From assembly GCA_965278035.1 (NCBI GenBank), contig OZ256152.1, positions 767,389 to 831,388 of the forward strand: 64,000 nt of DNA. The letters run 5' to 3'. Numbering within the stretch: position 1 is the stretch's first letter; each line of letters begins with the position of its first letter. This stretch comes from Fusobacterium paranimalis. Its GTDB lineage: Bacteria > Fusobacteriota > Fusobacteriia > Fusobacteriales > Fusobacteriaceae. This document shows, in pieces, positions 48,593 to 59,478 of the stretch. The notes under the pieces were generated by a model that was given only the letters and a program-made list of their open reading frames with translations, had not been told where the DNA came from and made no database searches. A program made the position numbers and the translations under genes.

Positions 48593-50249
48593 CGTTTCCC
48601 CTTTTTTTACAAAAAATTTTTCTTACACTTCCTTCTTCTATTATACACCCAGAGTCCATATAGTAAATATAGTCAGCGACTTTTTTGGCAAGAATTATAT
48701 CATGTGTAACTAAAAGTACAGAAAATCCTATATTATGTTGAAGTTGCTTCAATAATCTCATAATATTTAATTTTCCAGATTCATCTAACATAGAACTAAT
48801 CTCATCTGCTAAAAGTAATTTAGGCTCCATAGATAATGCTCTTGCTATTGCCACTTTTTGTCTTTGCCCGCCAGAAAGCTCATTTGCTTGTTTTTTTAAA
48901 AAATTATAATTTGTTTCCAAACCAACTTTTTTTAAATTTTCTACTACAATTTCTTTACACAAAGCTAAATTTTTTTTATACAAAATAACTGTTGGTTCAG
49001 CTATAATTTCTTCCACTGTAAGAGAGGGATTCATGGAAGAAAAAGGGTCTTGCTCTATAATCTGCAAACATTTTTCTCTGGCTATTAAATTATTTTTTTT
49101 AATTTTTTCCTGAAAAAAATATATTTCTCCCATATCTTTGGATAAAAGTCCTGCTATTATCCTTAAAAGAGTAGTTTTTCCAGAACCTGATTTTCCCAAT
49201 AAAGCAACAATTTCTCCCTGTCTAACACGAAGTGAACAATCTTTTACAGCTTCTACTTTCTGTTCAGAAGTTTTAAATAGCTTTTTTATATTTTTTAACA
49301 CTAAAAGTTTTTCTATTCCATTTTTATAACAAGCAACTCCTTCTTCAATGTCTGATTTTAAATATGGAATATAAGTTAAGCAAGCTTCTACTTTCTGTGT
49401 ACATCTTTTATAGAAAGGACAGGGATATTTCTCATCCTCTTCTTCTCTAATTCCCCATAAATCTTTCCAAGGATTTAAAAAGGTACTGGACTGTAACAAG
49501 GCAAAAGTATAAGGATGTTTTGGCTCTTCTAATATTTTTTCTGTTCTTCCTTTTTCTATAAGATTTCCTCTCAATAAGATTAATACCTTTTCTGTCAAAT
49601 ACTCTATAACTTTAAAATCATGTGAAATAATTAACATTGTAGTATTATATTTTCTTTTTATATCTTTTAAAAGATTTAAAATATTCTTTTTGGATTCTTC
49701 TTCTAAGGCAGTAGTTGGCTCATCAATTAAAAGCAAAGGAGGATTCAGACAAATTCCCATTGCAATAAAAACTCTTTGCCTCATTCCACCAGAAAGCTCA
49801 TGTGGATATTTTTTCTTATTTTTTAATTCTAAACCAACCATTTCAAGAACTTCATCTAACTTTTTTTGTAATTCATTCTTATCTGAAAATTTTTTCCTTA
49901 ATATCTCTAAAATTTGTTTTTCAATTGTTAAAGAGGGATTTAAAGATTCCATTTGATTTTGAAAAATTAATCCTATTTCTTTAAAACAAACTTCTTTCAT
50001 TTCTTTTTTATTTAAGTTTTGTATTTCTTTTCCTCTAAAATAAATTTTTCCTTCTATTTTTGTCTTGTCATATAACAATCCCATAATAGCTAATAATATT
50101 GTACTTTTTCCACTTCCTGATTCTCCAACAATGCCATATATCTCACCTTCATTTAAAGAAAAATTTATATTTTTTACTCCTATTTGAGAAGAGTCAGAAT
50201 GTGAGTAATATGTTATTGTTAAATTTTCAACTCTTAATATTTCTGTCAT
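48582..50249 (-). CDS. ABC transporter ATP-binding protein with two fused nucleotide-binding domains (DppD/DppF-like)
   Basis: Two Walker A motifs (GESGSGKST and GKSGSGKTT) and two LSGG signatures. 555 aa. Confidence 0.85.
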   Translation of the reverse strand: MTEILRVENLTITYYSHSDSSQIGVKNINFSLNEGEIYGIVGESGSGKSTILLAIMGLLYDKTKIEGKIYFRGKEIQNLNKKEMKEVCFKEIGLIFQNQMESLNPSLTIEKQILEILRKKFSDKNELQKKLDEVLEMVGLELKNKKKYPHELSGGMRQRVFIAMGICLNPPLLLIDEPTTALEEESKKNILNLLKDIKRKYNTTMLIISHDFKVIEYLTEKVLILLRGNLIEKGRTEKILEEPKHPYTFALLQSSTFLNPWKDLWGIREEEDEKYPCPFYKRCTQKVEACLTYIPYLKSDIEEGVACYKNGIEKLLVLKNIKKLFKTSEQKVEAVKDCSLRVRQGEIVALLGKSGSGKTTLLRIIAGLLSKDMGEIYFFQEKIKKNNLIAREKCLQIIEQDPFSSMNPSLTVEEIIAEPTVILYKKNLALCKEIVVENLKKVGLETNYNFLKKQANELSGGQRQKVAIARALSMEPKLLLADEISSMLDESGKLNIMRLLKQLQHNIGFSVLLVTHDIILAKKVADYIYYMDSGCIIEEGSVRKIFCKKRGNDGY

Positions 50250-51070
50250 TGTATTCTATATACTCCTCCAATTTTTCTTTCTATTTTTTGACCAATAATA
50301 GCAATGGATAAAACCATAAGGACCATAAATGTTACAGGATATACTAACCACCATTTCCAAAATTCTGTGAGATATATATTAGGAAAATCCATAGCTCTTG
50401 TTATAATCATTCCCCAACTTTTAGATAATGGATCCCCTAATCCTAAATATGACAAGGCAGCTTCTGCTAAAATAGCTCTATTCATAAGTTTTATTACACT
50501 CATCATAATAATAGAAAAAAATGGTTTCCAAAAGTGCCATAAAAAAAGATGAATAAAACCTGCTCCATAAATTTTTGCTATTTTTATATAATTTTCTTGC
50601 TTCATTCTTAAAATTTGGCTTCTTGTGATTTTAGCTGGCATAATCCAAGAAACTAAAACTATGGAAAAAATAATATTTTTTAAACTTGGGCCTAAAAAAG
50701 TTCCTAAGACTACCATAAGAAGTAAATCAGGAACACTGATAAAAAAATCTATTATTCCTAAAAGAATTTCATCAAAAATACCACCAAAATATCCTGCTAC
50801 CATTCCTATAATACTTCCACCAACAGCTGCAAATAAAGCACTTGAACAAGATAAAATAATAGTGCTTTTTGCCCCATAACAAATTTCAGAAAAAATATCT
50901 ATCCCTAAATCATCTGTTCCAAACCAATGTTCCTTAGAGGGAGGTAATAATGCTACTCCACTAGGTACTGTTCCAGATTTCAAAAAAGAAAAATAAGGAA
51001 GAATTGCAAGAATTATTATAAGAAACAAAAAAACATAAGATAATTTTAAATTTATTTCTTTTATCCTCAT
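50246..51070 (-). CDS. ABC transporter permease (DppC/NikC-like)
   Basis: 274 aa with 6 TM helices and an EAA-like loop. Confidence 0.8.
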   Translation of the reverse strand: MRIKEINLKLSYVFLFLIIILAILPYFSFLKSGTVPSGVALLPPSKEHWFGTDDLGIDIFSEICYGAKSTIILSCSSALFAAVGGSIIGMVAGYFGGIFDEILLGIIDFFISVPDLLLMVVLGTFLGPSLKNIIFSIVLVSWIMPAKITRSQILRMKQENYIKIAKIYGAGFIHLFLWHFWKPFFSIIMMSVIKLMNRAILAEAALSYLGLGDPLSKSWGMIITRAMDFPNIYLTEFWKWWLVYPVTFMVLMVLSIAIIGQKIERKIGGVYRIQ

Positions 51071-52023
51071 AATTCTTTCCTCTTTTCTATTGTTTGATAA
51101 AAATTTTCACCTAAAAGGCTTATAGTTAAAATAAAAATTGTGATAACTAAAAAAATTCCTTGTAATAATAAATAATCTCTGTAAAAAACAGCATCTCTTA
51201 TTAATTTGCCAATTCCTGGATATTTAAACACATTTTCTACTATCAATGTTGCATTAAACATTGTCTGTATACTAAGTAAAAATCTAGTCATTATTGGATT
51301 TATTGCATTAGGTAAACAATGCCTCATCAAGATATAAATATCTCCCAATGATTTTGCTTGAGCTGTTTCCACATATTTTTTTTGAATTTGTTGAAGCATA
51401 GCACTTCTGCTGACAAAATAAAAATCTGGAAGTCTTAAAAAAGTTAAGGTTAAACTTGGTAAGACTGTATGTTTTATAACATCTAAAATAAAACTCCAAG
51501 AAAATTCAATTTTTATAAATGGAGTTATTCCTCCAGCTGTTGGTAAAATTCTCCATTTTACGATAAAAAACATCAATATCATATTTGCAGTCAAAAAACT
51601 TGGAATTTCAGAAATGATAACCATTCCTTGATAAAGAATTGTATCCATCTTTCTTTGATAATTCCATGCAGAAAAACTTCCCAAAAATAAGCCAAAAACT
51701 GAACTAATACACAATGAAAAAATTACTATTCCAGCTGTCCATACTAAGCGACTAAATATTAAAGTTGTTACTTTTTCTTTAAAATAAATGCTATATCCCA
51801 AATTTCCTGTAAAAATACCTAAAAGATAATTCAAATACTGCCTCCATAATGGCATATCTAATCCATAATATTGTTTATATTTTAAAATTTCTTCTTCTGT
51901 ATAGCTTGCAACTTCTGTCCCATCTGAAGATAAAAATACAAAAGGATCAGCTTTCATTATACGAGGCAGTATAAAATGTATTGTTAATAATATAAAAAAT
52001 AAAACTATATATTTCTTTTTCAT
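51067..52023 (-). CDS. ABC transporter permease (DppB/NikB-like)
   Basis: 318 aa with 6 TM helices. Confidence 0.8.
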   Translation of the reverse strand: MKKKYIVLFFILLTIHFILPRIMKADPFVFLSSDGTEVASYTEEEILKYKQYYGLDMPLWRQYLNYLLGIFTGNLGYSIYFKEKVTTLIFSRLVWTAGIVIFSLCISSVFGLFLGSFSAWNYQRKMDTILYQGMVIISEIPSFLTANMILMFFIVKWRILPTAGGITPFIKIEFSWSFILDVIKHTVLPSLTLTFLRLPDFYFVSRSAMLQQIQKKYVETAQAKSLGDIYILMRHCLPNAINPIMTRFLLSIQTMFNATLIVENVFKYPGIGKLIRDAVFYRDYLLLQGIFLVITIFILTISLLGENFYQTIEKRKEL

Positions 52024-53567
52024 TTCTTTGGTCTTATTATATATGATAATTTAGGATGATCTAGTTTAGTATGGTCATATCTAGTTGTCCAATAATTATA
52101 TTTTTCTGGTCTGTAAACTGTATTTTCAACTTCTCCATATAATAAAAGCATTGGAATTTCTTCTGCTAAAACTTCTTGAATTTTATATATCAATTCTTTT
52201 CTTTTTTCAGGACTTTTTTCTATTGACTGTTGAGATAACAACTCATCTAAGGCTTCATTATGATAACCTGCTAATTCCATTTCTTTAGATTTGGATGAAT
52301 ATATTTCTCTTAACATATCTGGGTCTGCTCCCATTCCACCAGATTTCATAATTGCCATTTGATAGTCTGTATCCCTCACTCTAGCATCTCTTGCCTTAGT
52401 ATCAATACTTACTACTTTTACTGAAATTCCAATTTCTTCTAATCTTATTTTTATAAGCTCTGCCATTTTTACTTCTTTAGGTTCATTTCCTACCAATAGT
52501 TCCACTTCAAAAGTTTTACCTTTCATAAGCTCTTTTGCTTTTTCTACATTATAAGAATAAGCTGGAAGATTTTTATTATACATTGAATGAGTTGGTGGTA
52601 AATAACCTTGACTTCCCTCTAAACCTGAACCTCTTTCCAATTTATCAATTAATTCTTTTCTGTCAATAGCATAAGCAATTGCTTGTCTTACATCTTTATC
52701 TTGTAAAGCTGGAACTTTATCAAAATTAAAATATAATCTGTAATTATGTAAACCAAAATTTTTAACAATTTTAAATTCTTTGTTATTTTCAAAATTTTTC
52801 AATAAATCAACAGGAATTACTGTAATATCAATTTCTCCATTTTGAAATGCTAAAACTCTATCACTGACCGGTATCCATTCTATTGCTGTTGCAGCTGGTT
52901 CTAATCCCCAAAATTCATTATTCTTTTCCATTTTATATGAACCTTGTTCTGAATTATATGCCACCAATTTATATGGACCTGACCCCACAATATCTCCTTC
53001 TCCTGAAAATTTTTCTGGGTCATCTACTTTTTCCCAAATATGTTTTGGAATTATTCTCATACTACCAATTTTTTCAAGTGCTACTGGTGTATAATCCACT
53101 GTATGAATTATAACTTTATTTCCATCAACAGAAACTGAATCCATTAAGTATTCTCCATTTAACATAAGCCCACCTCTTACTGGTGGATGCTTTTTAAAAT
53201 ATTCCACAGTAAAAGCTACATCTTCTGCTGTTAAATCTTTTCCATCATGCCATTTTGCACCATCTACCAAAGTAAATGTAAAAGTTTTTCCATCTTCGCT
53301 TACTTCCCATTCTTTTGCTAGCCAAGGAATTAATCCATTCTCATCTTTTTCCAATAATGAATCATAAATTAACTCCATTTTGAAAAAACCTGGTCCTCTA
53401 TTTTGATGTCTAAATGGATTTGGATAGCCAAAATCTCCTCCCTCTAATCTAAGAACTACTTCTTTTTCTTCTGGCTTTGCTACTTCTTCTTTTTCCTTAT
53501 TGCAAGCAACTAAAAAAAGTAAACATAAAACAAAAATTCCTATAATACCTAACTTTTTATTTTTCAC
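52020..53567 (-). CDS. ABC transporter substrate-binding lipoprotein, family 5 (peptide/nickel/opine type)
   Basis: Lipobox LFLVACNKE. 515 aa with a DppA/NikA/OppA-like architecture. Confidence 0.85.
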   Translation of the reverse strand: MKNKKLGIIGIFVLCLLFLVACNKEKEEVAKPEEKEVVLRLEGGDFGYPNPFRHQNRGPGFFKMELIYDSLLEKDENGLIPWLAKEWEVSEDGKTFTFTLVDGAKWHDGKDLTAEDVAFTVEYFKKHPPVRGGLMLNGEYLMDSVSVDGNKVIIHTVDYTPVALEKIGSMRIIPKHIWEKVDDPEKFSGEGDIVGSGPYKLVAYNSEQGSYKMEKNNEFWGLEPAATAIEWIPVSDRVLAFQNGEIDITVIPVDLLKNFENNKEFKIVKNFGLHNYRLYFNFDKVPALQDKDVRQAIAYAIDRKELIDKLERGSGLEGSQGYLPPTHSMYNKNLPAYSYNVEKAKELMKGKTFEVELLVGNEPKEVKMAELIKIRLEEIGISVKVVSIDTKARDARVRDTDYQMAIMKSGGMGADPDMLREIYSSKSKEMELAGYHNEALDELLSQQSIEKSPEKRKELIYKIQEVLAEEIPMLLLYGEVENTVYRPEKYNYWTTRYDHTKLDHPKLSYIIRPKK

Positions 53568-53987
53568 TCAAAACCTCCTAATATAAAAAATTTTTATAAT
53601 AAAATATTTAGTTTATTATAATGCATATTGCACTATGATGTCAATTACAAATTTATATATTTTATTTTACCATTTATTAAATTTATTTTTAAAAAATTTA
53701 AAATTAGTTGCTTATTCAGTTCCAAGTATTGATTCAGGAACTGAGCCTAATAGTACAACAGCAGGAATTAATAATGAAGCTGTGATGGTATAGGAAGTTC
53801 TACTAATTCTACTGATGCTGTTACTGATAAACAATTATATAAGGAAAATCAAGAATTAAAAGAAAAAGTTAGAAACTTGAAAGAAAAATTAAATATGTTA
53901 TTAAAAAACAAATAAGAATTTAAATAGGGGCTGTTGTAAATTGATGATTTTTATCATTGATTTGTAACAACTTTTTTCTTTCTCAAT

Positions 53988-54019
53988 AAAAAAAGAGCTA
54001 TTACAATTTGTAACAGCCC
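53988..54019 (-). terminator. Rho-independent terminator of copA
   Basis: On the minus strand: GGGCTGTTACAAATTGTAATAGCTC hairpin followed by TTTTTTT. Confidence 0.5.
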
Positions 54020-54122
54020 TTATCTCTTGAACTTGAAACTAACAATTTTGATATTGTTTAACTCTTATTTTTATTACACTTTTACTATCTCTTAGTATTT
54101 AAAAATATCAAATTTCTTATTT

Positions 54123-56438
54123 TTAGTTAAACCTCTTTAATCTCAATGCATTACTTACAACTGATACAGAACTCAATCCCATAGCAAGTCCTGCTATCAT
54201 AGGATTTAATAAATGTCCTGTAAATAGGTATAGTAAACCTCCTGCTATTGGAATACCGCAACTGTTATAGAAAAATGCCCAAAATAGATTTTCTTTTATA
54301 TTTTTTATAGTTGCTCTACTTAATCTTATAGCAGTTAAAATAACTTCTATATCTTTTCCCATAAGGACAATATCAGCACTTTCTATTGCAATGTCTGTTC
54401 CACTTCCTATTGCCATTCCAACATCTGCTTGTGCTAGTGCAGGTGAATCATTTATTCCATCTCCAACCATTGCAACTTTTTTACCCTGCTCTTGTAATTC
54501 TTTAATTTTTTTATATTTATCCTCAGGAGATACCTCAGCAATAACATCATCTATTCCCAATTTTTCTGCTATAACTTTTGCAGTTCTTTTATTATCACCA
54601 GTAAGCATATAGGTTCTAATATTTTCTTTTTTTAATCTTTTAATAAGTTCAATACTTTCATTTCTCACAACATCTGCTAATGTTATAAAAGCTATTAGCT
54701 TTTCTTCATCAGCTAAAAGTATAGTTGTTTTTCCTTGTAGCTCATATTTATGTATCTCTTCTCCATGTAAATCTTTTATTCTGTTATCAAGAAGCAATTT
54801 CTTATTACCCAATAAATACTTTTTACCTTCAATTTCTCCAATTACACCTCTACCTGAAATAGACAAGAAATTTTTTACATCATATAAGCTAATATTTTTT
54901 TCCTCTGCTTCATCATAGACTGCTTTCCCTAATGGGTGCTCTGAATTTACTTCCATAGAGGCAGATATTTTTAATATCTCATTTTTATCTATATTTGTAT
55001 TATTCAAACTTACTATGTCTATAACTCTTGGTGTTCCTTCTGTTAAAGTACCTGTTTTGTCAAAAACAATGGTATCAATTTGATTTAATTTTTCTAGTGC
55101 TTCTCCAGATTTTATTAAAATCCCTAATTCTGCTCCTTTACCTGTTCCAACCATAATAGCTGTTGGTGTAGCAAGTCCCAATGAACAAGGGCAAGCAATT
55201 ATAAGGACAGATATAAAAATAGTCAATACAAACTCAAATGGATTTTGACTTACTGACACTACATTATATTTTATTAAAAACCACCAAAGCAATGCAGCAA
55301 AGATTGCAATAAAAATAACTGTTGGAACAAATATTAAGGAAACTTTATCTGCAAGTCTTGCTATTGGTGCTTTTGTCATCTGTGCATCTTCAACAAGTTT
55401 TGCTATTTTAGATATTAATGTTTCTCCTTCTGTTGCATTAACAATAACTTTTAATGCTCCATCCTTGTTTATACTTCCACTATATACCTTATCATTTTCT
55501 GCTTTTTCAACTGGAATACTTTCACCTGTAATCATAGCTTCATCAATAGTTGAATGCCCTTCTACTATCACTCCATCAACAGGAATTTTTTCACCAGGTT
55601 TTATAAAAACTGTATCTCCTTTTGATACTTCCCCTATATCTATTTCAATTATTTCACCATTTCTAATGATATTAGCTTTTTTAGATTGAAAATTCACTAA
55701 TTTTTTTATAGCAGCAGAGGCTTTACCTTTACTTAAAGTTTCTAAATATTTTCCCAACATTACAAAAGCTATTATCATTGCAGCTGACTCATAATATAGT
55801 GAGTGCATTAAGTGTATATTATTATCTGCAAATATTTTATAACTTATATATAGACTGTATATAAAAGCAGAACTTGTTCCAACTGCTACTAAGCTATCCA
55901 TATTAGGACTTAACATAAATAGTTGTCTAAAACCAACCTTATAGAATCTTTTTCCAATTATCATTACAGTCACAGCTATAATAAATTGTATTGCCACATA
56001 ATTAACTATATTATCCATAGGATAAATTATATGAGGAACTGGTAATCCAAGCATATAACTCATAGAAATATACATAAGGATAAAAGATAAAACTATAACA
56101 ATTTTTGATTTAGTTAACTCTGATTTTAATTTTTTTTCTGTTTTAATTGCTTCTTCTTTATCTTTTAAATCTTCTCTTCTTTTTGGGGTATATCCTAGCT
56201 TTTCAATTATTTTCATAATTTCACTGGCTTTTATTTCTTTTTCATCATATTCAATATCTGCCATATTATTTGAAATATTAACAAGGGCTTTTTCTACTCC
56301 ATCAGTCCTTGATAATTTTCTTTCTATCTTTGCAACACAGGCTTGACAACTTATACCATCTATTTTTAATTCTAATTTTTGACATTTATTTTCTTGATTA
56401 ATATTAGTTCCTACCCCTAAATTTACATTATTTTCCAT
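54123..56438 (-). CDS. copA: Copper-translocating P1B-type ATPase
   Basis: N-terminal heavy-metal-associated (HMA) domain with CxxC (GISCQACVAKIE), a TM CPC motif (ACPCSLGLATP), and DKTGT and GDGINDSPAL motifs. Confidence 0.9.
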   Translation of the reverse strand: MENNVNLGVGTNINQENKCQKLELKIDGISCQACVAKIERKLSRTDGVEKALVNISNNMADIEYDEKEIKASEIMKIIEKLGYTPKRREDLKDKEEAIKTEKKLKSELTKSKIVIVLSFILMYISMSYMLGLPVPHIIYPMDNIVNYVAIQFIIAVTVMIIGKRFYKVGFRQLFMLSPNMDSLVAVGTSSAFIYSLYISYKIFADNNIHLMHSLYYESAAMIIAFVMLGKYLETLSKGKASAAIKKLVNFQSKKANIIRNGEIIEIDIGEVSKGDTVFIKPGEKIPVDGVIVEGHSTIDEAMITGESIPVEKAENDKVYSGSINKDGALKVIVNATEGETLISKIAKLVEDAQMTKAPIARLADKVSLIFVPTVIFIAIFAALLWWFLIKYNVVSVSQNPFEFVLTIFISVLIIACPCSLGLATPTAIMVGTGKGAELGILIKSGEALEKLNQIDTIVFDKTGTLTEGTPRVIDIVSLNNTNIDKNEILKISASMEVNSEHPLGKAVYDEAEEKNISLYDVKNFLSISGRGVIGEIEGKKYLLGNKKLLLDNRIKDLHGEEIHKYELQGKTTILLADEEKLIAFITLADVVRNESIELIKRLKKENIRTYMLTGDNKRTAKVIAEKLGIDDVIAEVSPEDKYKKIKELQEQGKKVAMVGDGINDSPALAQADVGMAIGSGTDIAIESADIVLMGKDIEVILTAIRLSRATIKNIKENLFWAFFYNSCGIPIAGGLLYLFTGHLLNPMIAGLAMGLSSVSVVSNALRLKRFN

Positions 56439-56443
56439 TGTGA

Positions 56444-56641
56444 TTACCTCACTAAATCATAACCTACATCATCTAGTTTTTCTCTTATTTCATTTAATAC
56501 ACTATCATTTTCAGCTTCTACTTCTGCTGAACCAATTTTTACATCTAAAACTTTTATTCCTTTTATTTCTTCTAGTGCTTCTTTAACAGATTTTACACAA
56601 TGTTCACAGCCCATTCCTTCAATTTTTAAATTTAATTTCAT
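56444..56641 (-). CDS. copZ: Copper chaperone CopZ (HMA domain)
   Basis: Motif GMGCEHC. The ATG (MKLNLK...) has a GGAGTGAG Shine-Dalgarno sequence. The track ORF begins at an upstream TTG. Confidence 0.8.
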   Translation of the reverse strand: MKLNLKIEGMGCEHCVKSVKEALEEIKGIKVLDVKIGSAEVEAENDSVLNEIREKLDDVGYDLVR

Positions 56642-56739
56642 ATATCTCACTCCTTTTATTTCGATTGAATGTCTACTCAACTATTATTATACTCTCATAT
56701 TTTCTTTTGTCAAATATTTTTTACTAAAATACTAAACTT

Positions 56740-58095
56740 TTATTTTCTATATTTCTCTTTTACATATTCTAACATTTCCTCTTTTTCATTTTTTATTTCT
56801 TCTGATAAATATTTATCCAATAATTCTTTTTTTATTTCTCCTATTTCTTTTCCATTGAAACCTAATTCTATTAAATTCCTTCCATTTACTGCTAAGTCAT
56901 TGACTTTTATTTGCATTTGTTTTTCTACTGCTCTTTTTAATCTCTCATGTAAATCATTTTCTGTACTGACAACTTCATTATTTTTTGAACTATTATCTGC
57001 AATAGAATGCTCAATCAATCTCCACAAATTGTCATAACCCATTTCAGACAATAACTTATTAAATTTTTTATCTGTAACATCTTTATATAAAACCATATGT
57101 TTTTTTATTATCTCTACCACAGTATCTATCAATTTTGCTGGTAATTTCATTCTAGTTAATATGTCCCTTGCCATATCAGCCCCAACTATTTCATGAGTTT
57201 TATAGTGTGCTATCCCTTTTTCATCAAAAGTTTGAACAACAGGTTTAGCTATATCATGTAAAAGTGCTGAATATCTTAATTCTAAATCAGCAGGGACTTT
57301 ACTTACAACATTTATAATATGATCGAATAAATCTAAATTATGATGTGGATTACATTGGTTAAAATCATAAGTTACCTTAAATTCAGGGATTATAAGTTCT
57401 AATACTCCTATATTTTTCATTAAAATTAAAGTATTTTTTATATTTTCCCCCAATAATAATTTACTAAATTCCATAGTAATTCTTTCTTCTGGAATATTTT
57501 TAAGTAACTCTTTTTGTTTTTTTATTGCTTCAACAGTATTTTCAGATAAAGAAAATTTAAGTCTTGACATAAATCTAAAAGCTCTCAACACACGAAGTGG
57601 ATCTTCTATTATTCTTTCCTCTGATTTTCCAACAAAGTTTATTATTCTATTTTCTATATCTTTTTGTCCATTGTATAAATCAATAATTCCCGCTTTTTGA
57701 TTATATGCTATAGCATTTATTGTAAAATCTCTTCTTGCTAAGTCATTTCTTATATCATCTACGAAGCTAACTTTTTTTTCTTCTAGAATTATTTTCAATC
57801 CATCTTTTTCCTCATAATTATCTTTTCTGAACTTTGCTATTTCATAATCTATATTATTTATTCTTATTCTTAAAACTCCAAAAGATTTTCCTGTTTCTTT
57901 TGGAGTATATTCGCTGAATAAAGTTTTTAAAGTTTCATAAGATATGTTAGTTGCAAAGTCTACATCTTTTGGTTTTAATCCAAGTAAGATATCTCTTATT
58001 GCTCCTCCTACTATATAACCTTTTCCATATTCATTCAATTTATTCAATATTTTTATTTCTACTTCACTAAAATTATTTATAGAAATTTTGTTCAT
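56740..58095 (-). CDS. cca: CCA tRNA nucleotidyltransferase (PolyA-polymerase head + HD domain)
   Basis: Motif GGAIRDILLG..DVDF and an HD motif (HHNLDLFDH). Confidence 0.75.
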   Translation of the reverse strand: MNKISINNFSEVEIKILNKLNEYGKGYIVGGAIRDILLGLKPKDVDFATNISYETLKTLFSEYTPKETGKSFGVLRIRINNIDYEIAKFRKDNYEEKDGLKIILEEKKVSFVDDIRNDLARRDFTINAIAYNQKAGIIDLYNGQKDIENRIINFVGKSEERIIEDPLRVLRAFRFMSRLKFSLSENTVEAIKKQKELLKNIPEERITMEFSKLLLGENIKNTLILMKNIGVLELIIPEFKVTYDFNQCNPHHNLDLFDHIINVVSKVPADLELRYSALLHDIAKPVVQTFDEKGIAHYKTHEIVGADMARDILTRMKLPAKLIDTVVEIIKKHMVLYKDVTDKKFNKLLSEMGYDNLWRLIEHSIADNSSKNNEVVSTENDLHERLKRAVEKQMQIKVNDLAVNGRNLIELGFNGKEIGEIKKELLDKYLSEEIKNEKEEMLEYVKEKYRK

Positions 58096-58107
58096 ATACT
58101 TTCCTCA

Positions 58108-59466
58108 TTATTCTTCAATAATATTATTAATATCATCAAAGAAACTTTCTGTTGTAATTATTATCACTCTATCTCCCTCTTTTATAACATCAATACCTTT
58201 TGGGAAAATAGCAACATTATTTCTAACTATATATGCTATAATCAAGTTTTTCTTAATTTTCAAATCCTTTAAAGGAATATTATTTATTTTACTATCAGAA
58301 TTTACCAAAATTTCTATTGCTTCAACTGTGTTATTTTCAAGTCTATAAAAATTTTCTATTAAGTTTTTCTTTTTATTTGCAATAGAACGAACAACCCTAA
58401 CTATATTATCTGCTACTATTTTTTTAGGAGTTATTATAGATTGAAAACTATTTTCTCCCAATATATCAACAAAAGATAATTTATTTAACTTAGTGATAAT
58501 CTTTTTTATTCCTATTTTTTTAGCATAAATTGAAATAAACATATTGATTTCATCTATACCTGTTATAGATATACAGGAGTCGTAATTTTGAAAATTTTCT
58601 TCTTTTAAAACTTCTTCATTACTTCCATCTGCATTGATAATTGTTGCTTTTGGTAAATATTCACTAAATTTATTAGCTTTTTTAGGATTCGTTTCAATTA
58701 TTTTTACAGCTATCTTATCTTTTAAAAGTTCTTCTGCTAAATAATGGGTAATTATCCCTGCTCCTATTATAAAAGCTGATTTTATTTTTCTTCTATCTTT
58801 TCCTAATACATCTTGAAATTTCATAATTTCATTGTTACTTCCAGTTATATAGATTCTATCATTTGCTCTTATGTGAGTATTTCCTGATGGAATTATCACC
58901 TTTTCTCCTCTTTTTATTATACATACTAACAGATTAGGGAAATGTTTTTGTTTAAAGTCAAAAAGAGAAATATTATTCAAAGGAGAATCTCTATCTATTC
59001 TAAATTCAACAAGTTTTAATCTTCCATCTAAAAAATTTTCAACATTTAATGCTTCTGGAAAATCTATATTTTGTTTTATATTTTTGGCTGCTTCTAATTC
59101 TGGATTTATAACTAAATCTATTCCCAAAGATTCAGTCATAAAATTAAGTTGTGATGAATAATCTGTACTTCTAACTCTAGCAATAGTGTACTTTGCTCCT
59201 AATTTTTTAGCTATAACTGAGGCTATTATATTTATTTCATCTTTTTCAGTAACAGCTATAAATACATCAGCCTTTGGAACTTCTGCTTCTATTTGTACAT
59301 CATAGCTTACTCCACTCCCAACAAATCCCATAATATCATTATTGGCTAAAATCTTTTCAAGTATTTTTGCATCTTGTTCTATAAGAATTATGTCATTTCC
59401 CTCTAATGATAAATCACGACAAAGAAGTTCTCCAACTTTTCCTGCCCCTACAATTACTATTTTCAT
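58108..59466 (-). CDS. trkA: Trk potassium uptake system NAD-binding protein
   Basis: Two RCK/NAD-binding Rossmann motifs (MKIVIVGAGKVG and AFIIGAGIITHYL). 452 aa. Confidence 0.8.
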   Translation of the reverse strand: MKIVIVGAGKVGELLCRDLSLEGNDIILIEQDAKILEKILANNDIMGFVGSGVSYDVQIEAEVPKADVFIAVTEKDEINIIASVIAKKLGAKYTIARVRSTDYSSQLNFMTESLGIDLVINPELEAAKNIKQNIDFPEALNVENFLDGRLKLVEFRIDRDSPLNNISLFDFKQKHFPNLLVCIIKRGEKVIIPSGNTHIRANDRIYITGSNNEIMKFQDVLGKDRRKIKSAFIIGAGIITHYLAEELLKDKIAVKIIETNPKKANKFSEYLPKATIINADGSNEEVLKEENFQNYDSCISITGIDEINMFISIYAKKIGIKKIITKLNKLSFVDILGENSFQSIITPKKIVADNIVRVVRSIANKKKNLIENFYRLENNTVEAIEILVNSDSKINNIPLKDLKIKKNLIIAYIVRNNVAIFPKGIDVIKEGDRVIIITTESFFDDINNIIEE

Positions 59467-59478
59467 TTTATCCCTACC

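Noticed and set aside
53700-53930. Possible small gene encoding ...TDKQLYKENQELKEKVRNLKEKLNMLLKNK
   Set aside because: The reading frame has no start codon after the upstream in-frame stop, so it looks like a C-terminal remnant of a decayed coiled-coil gene.
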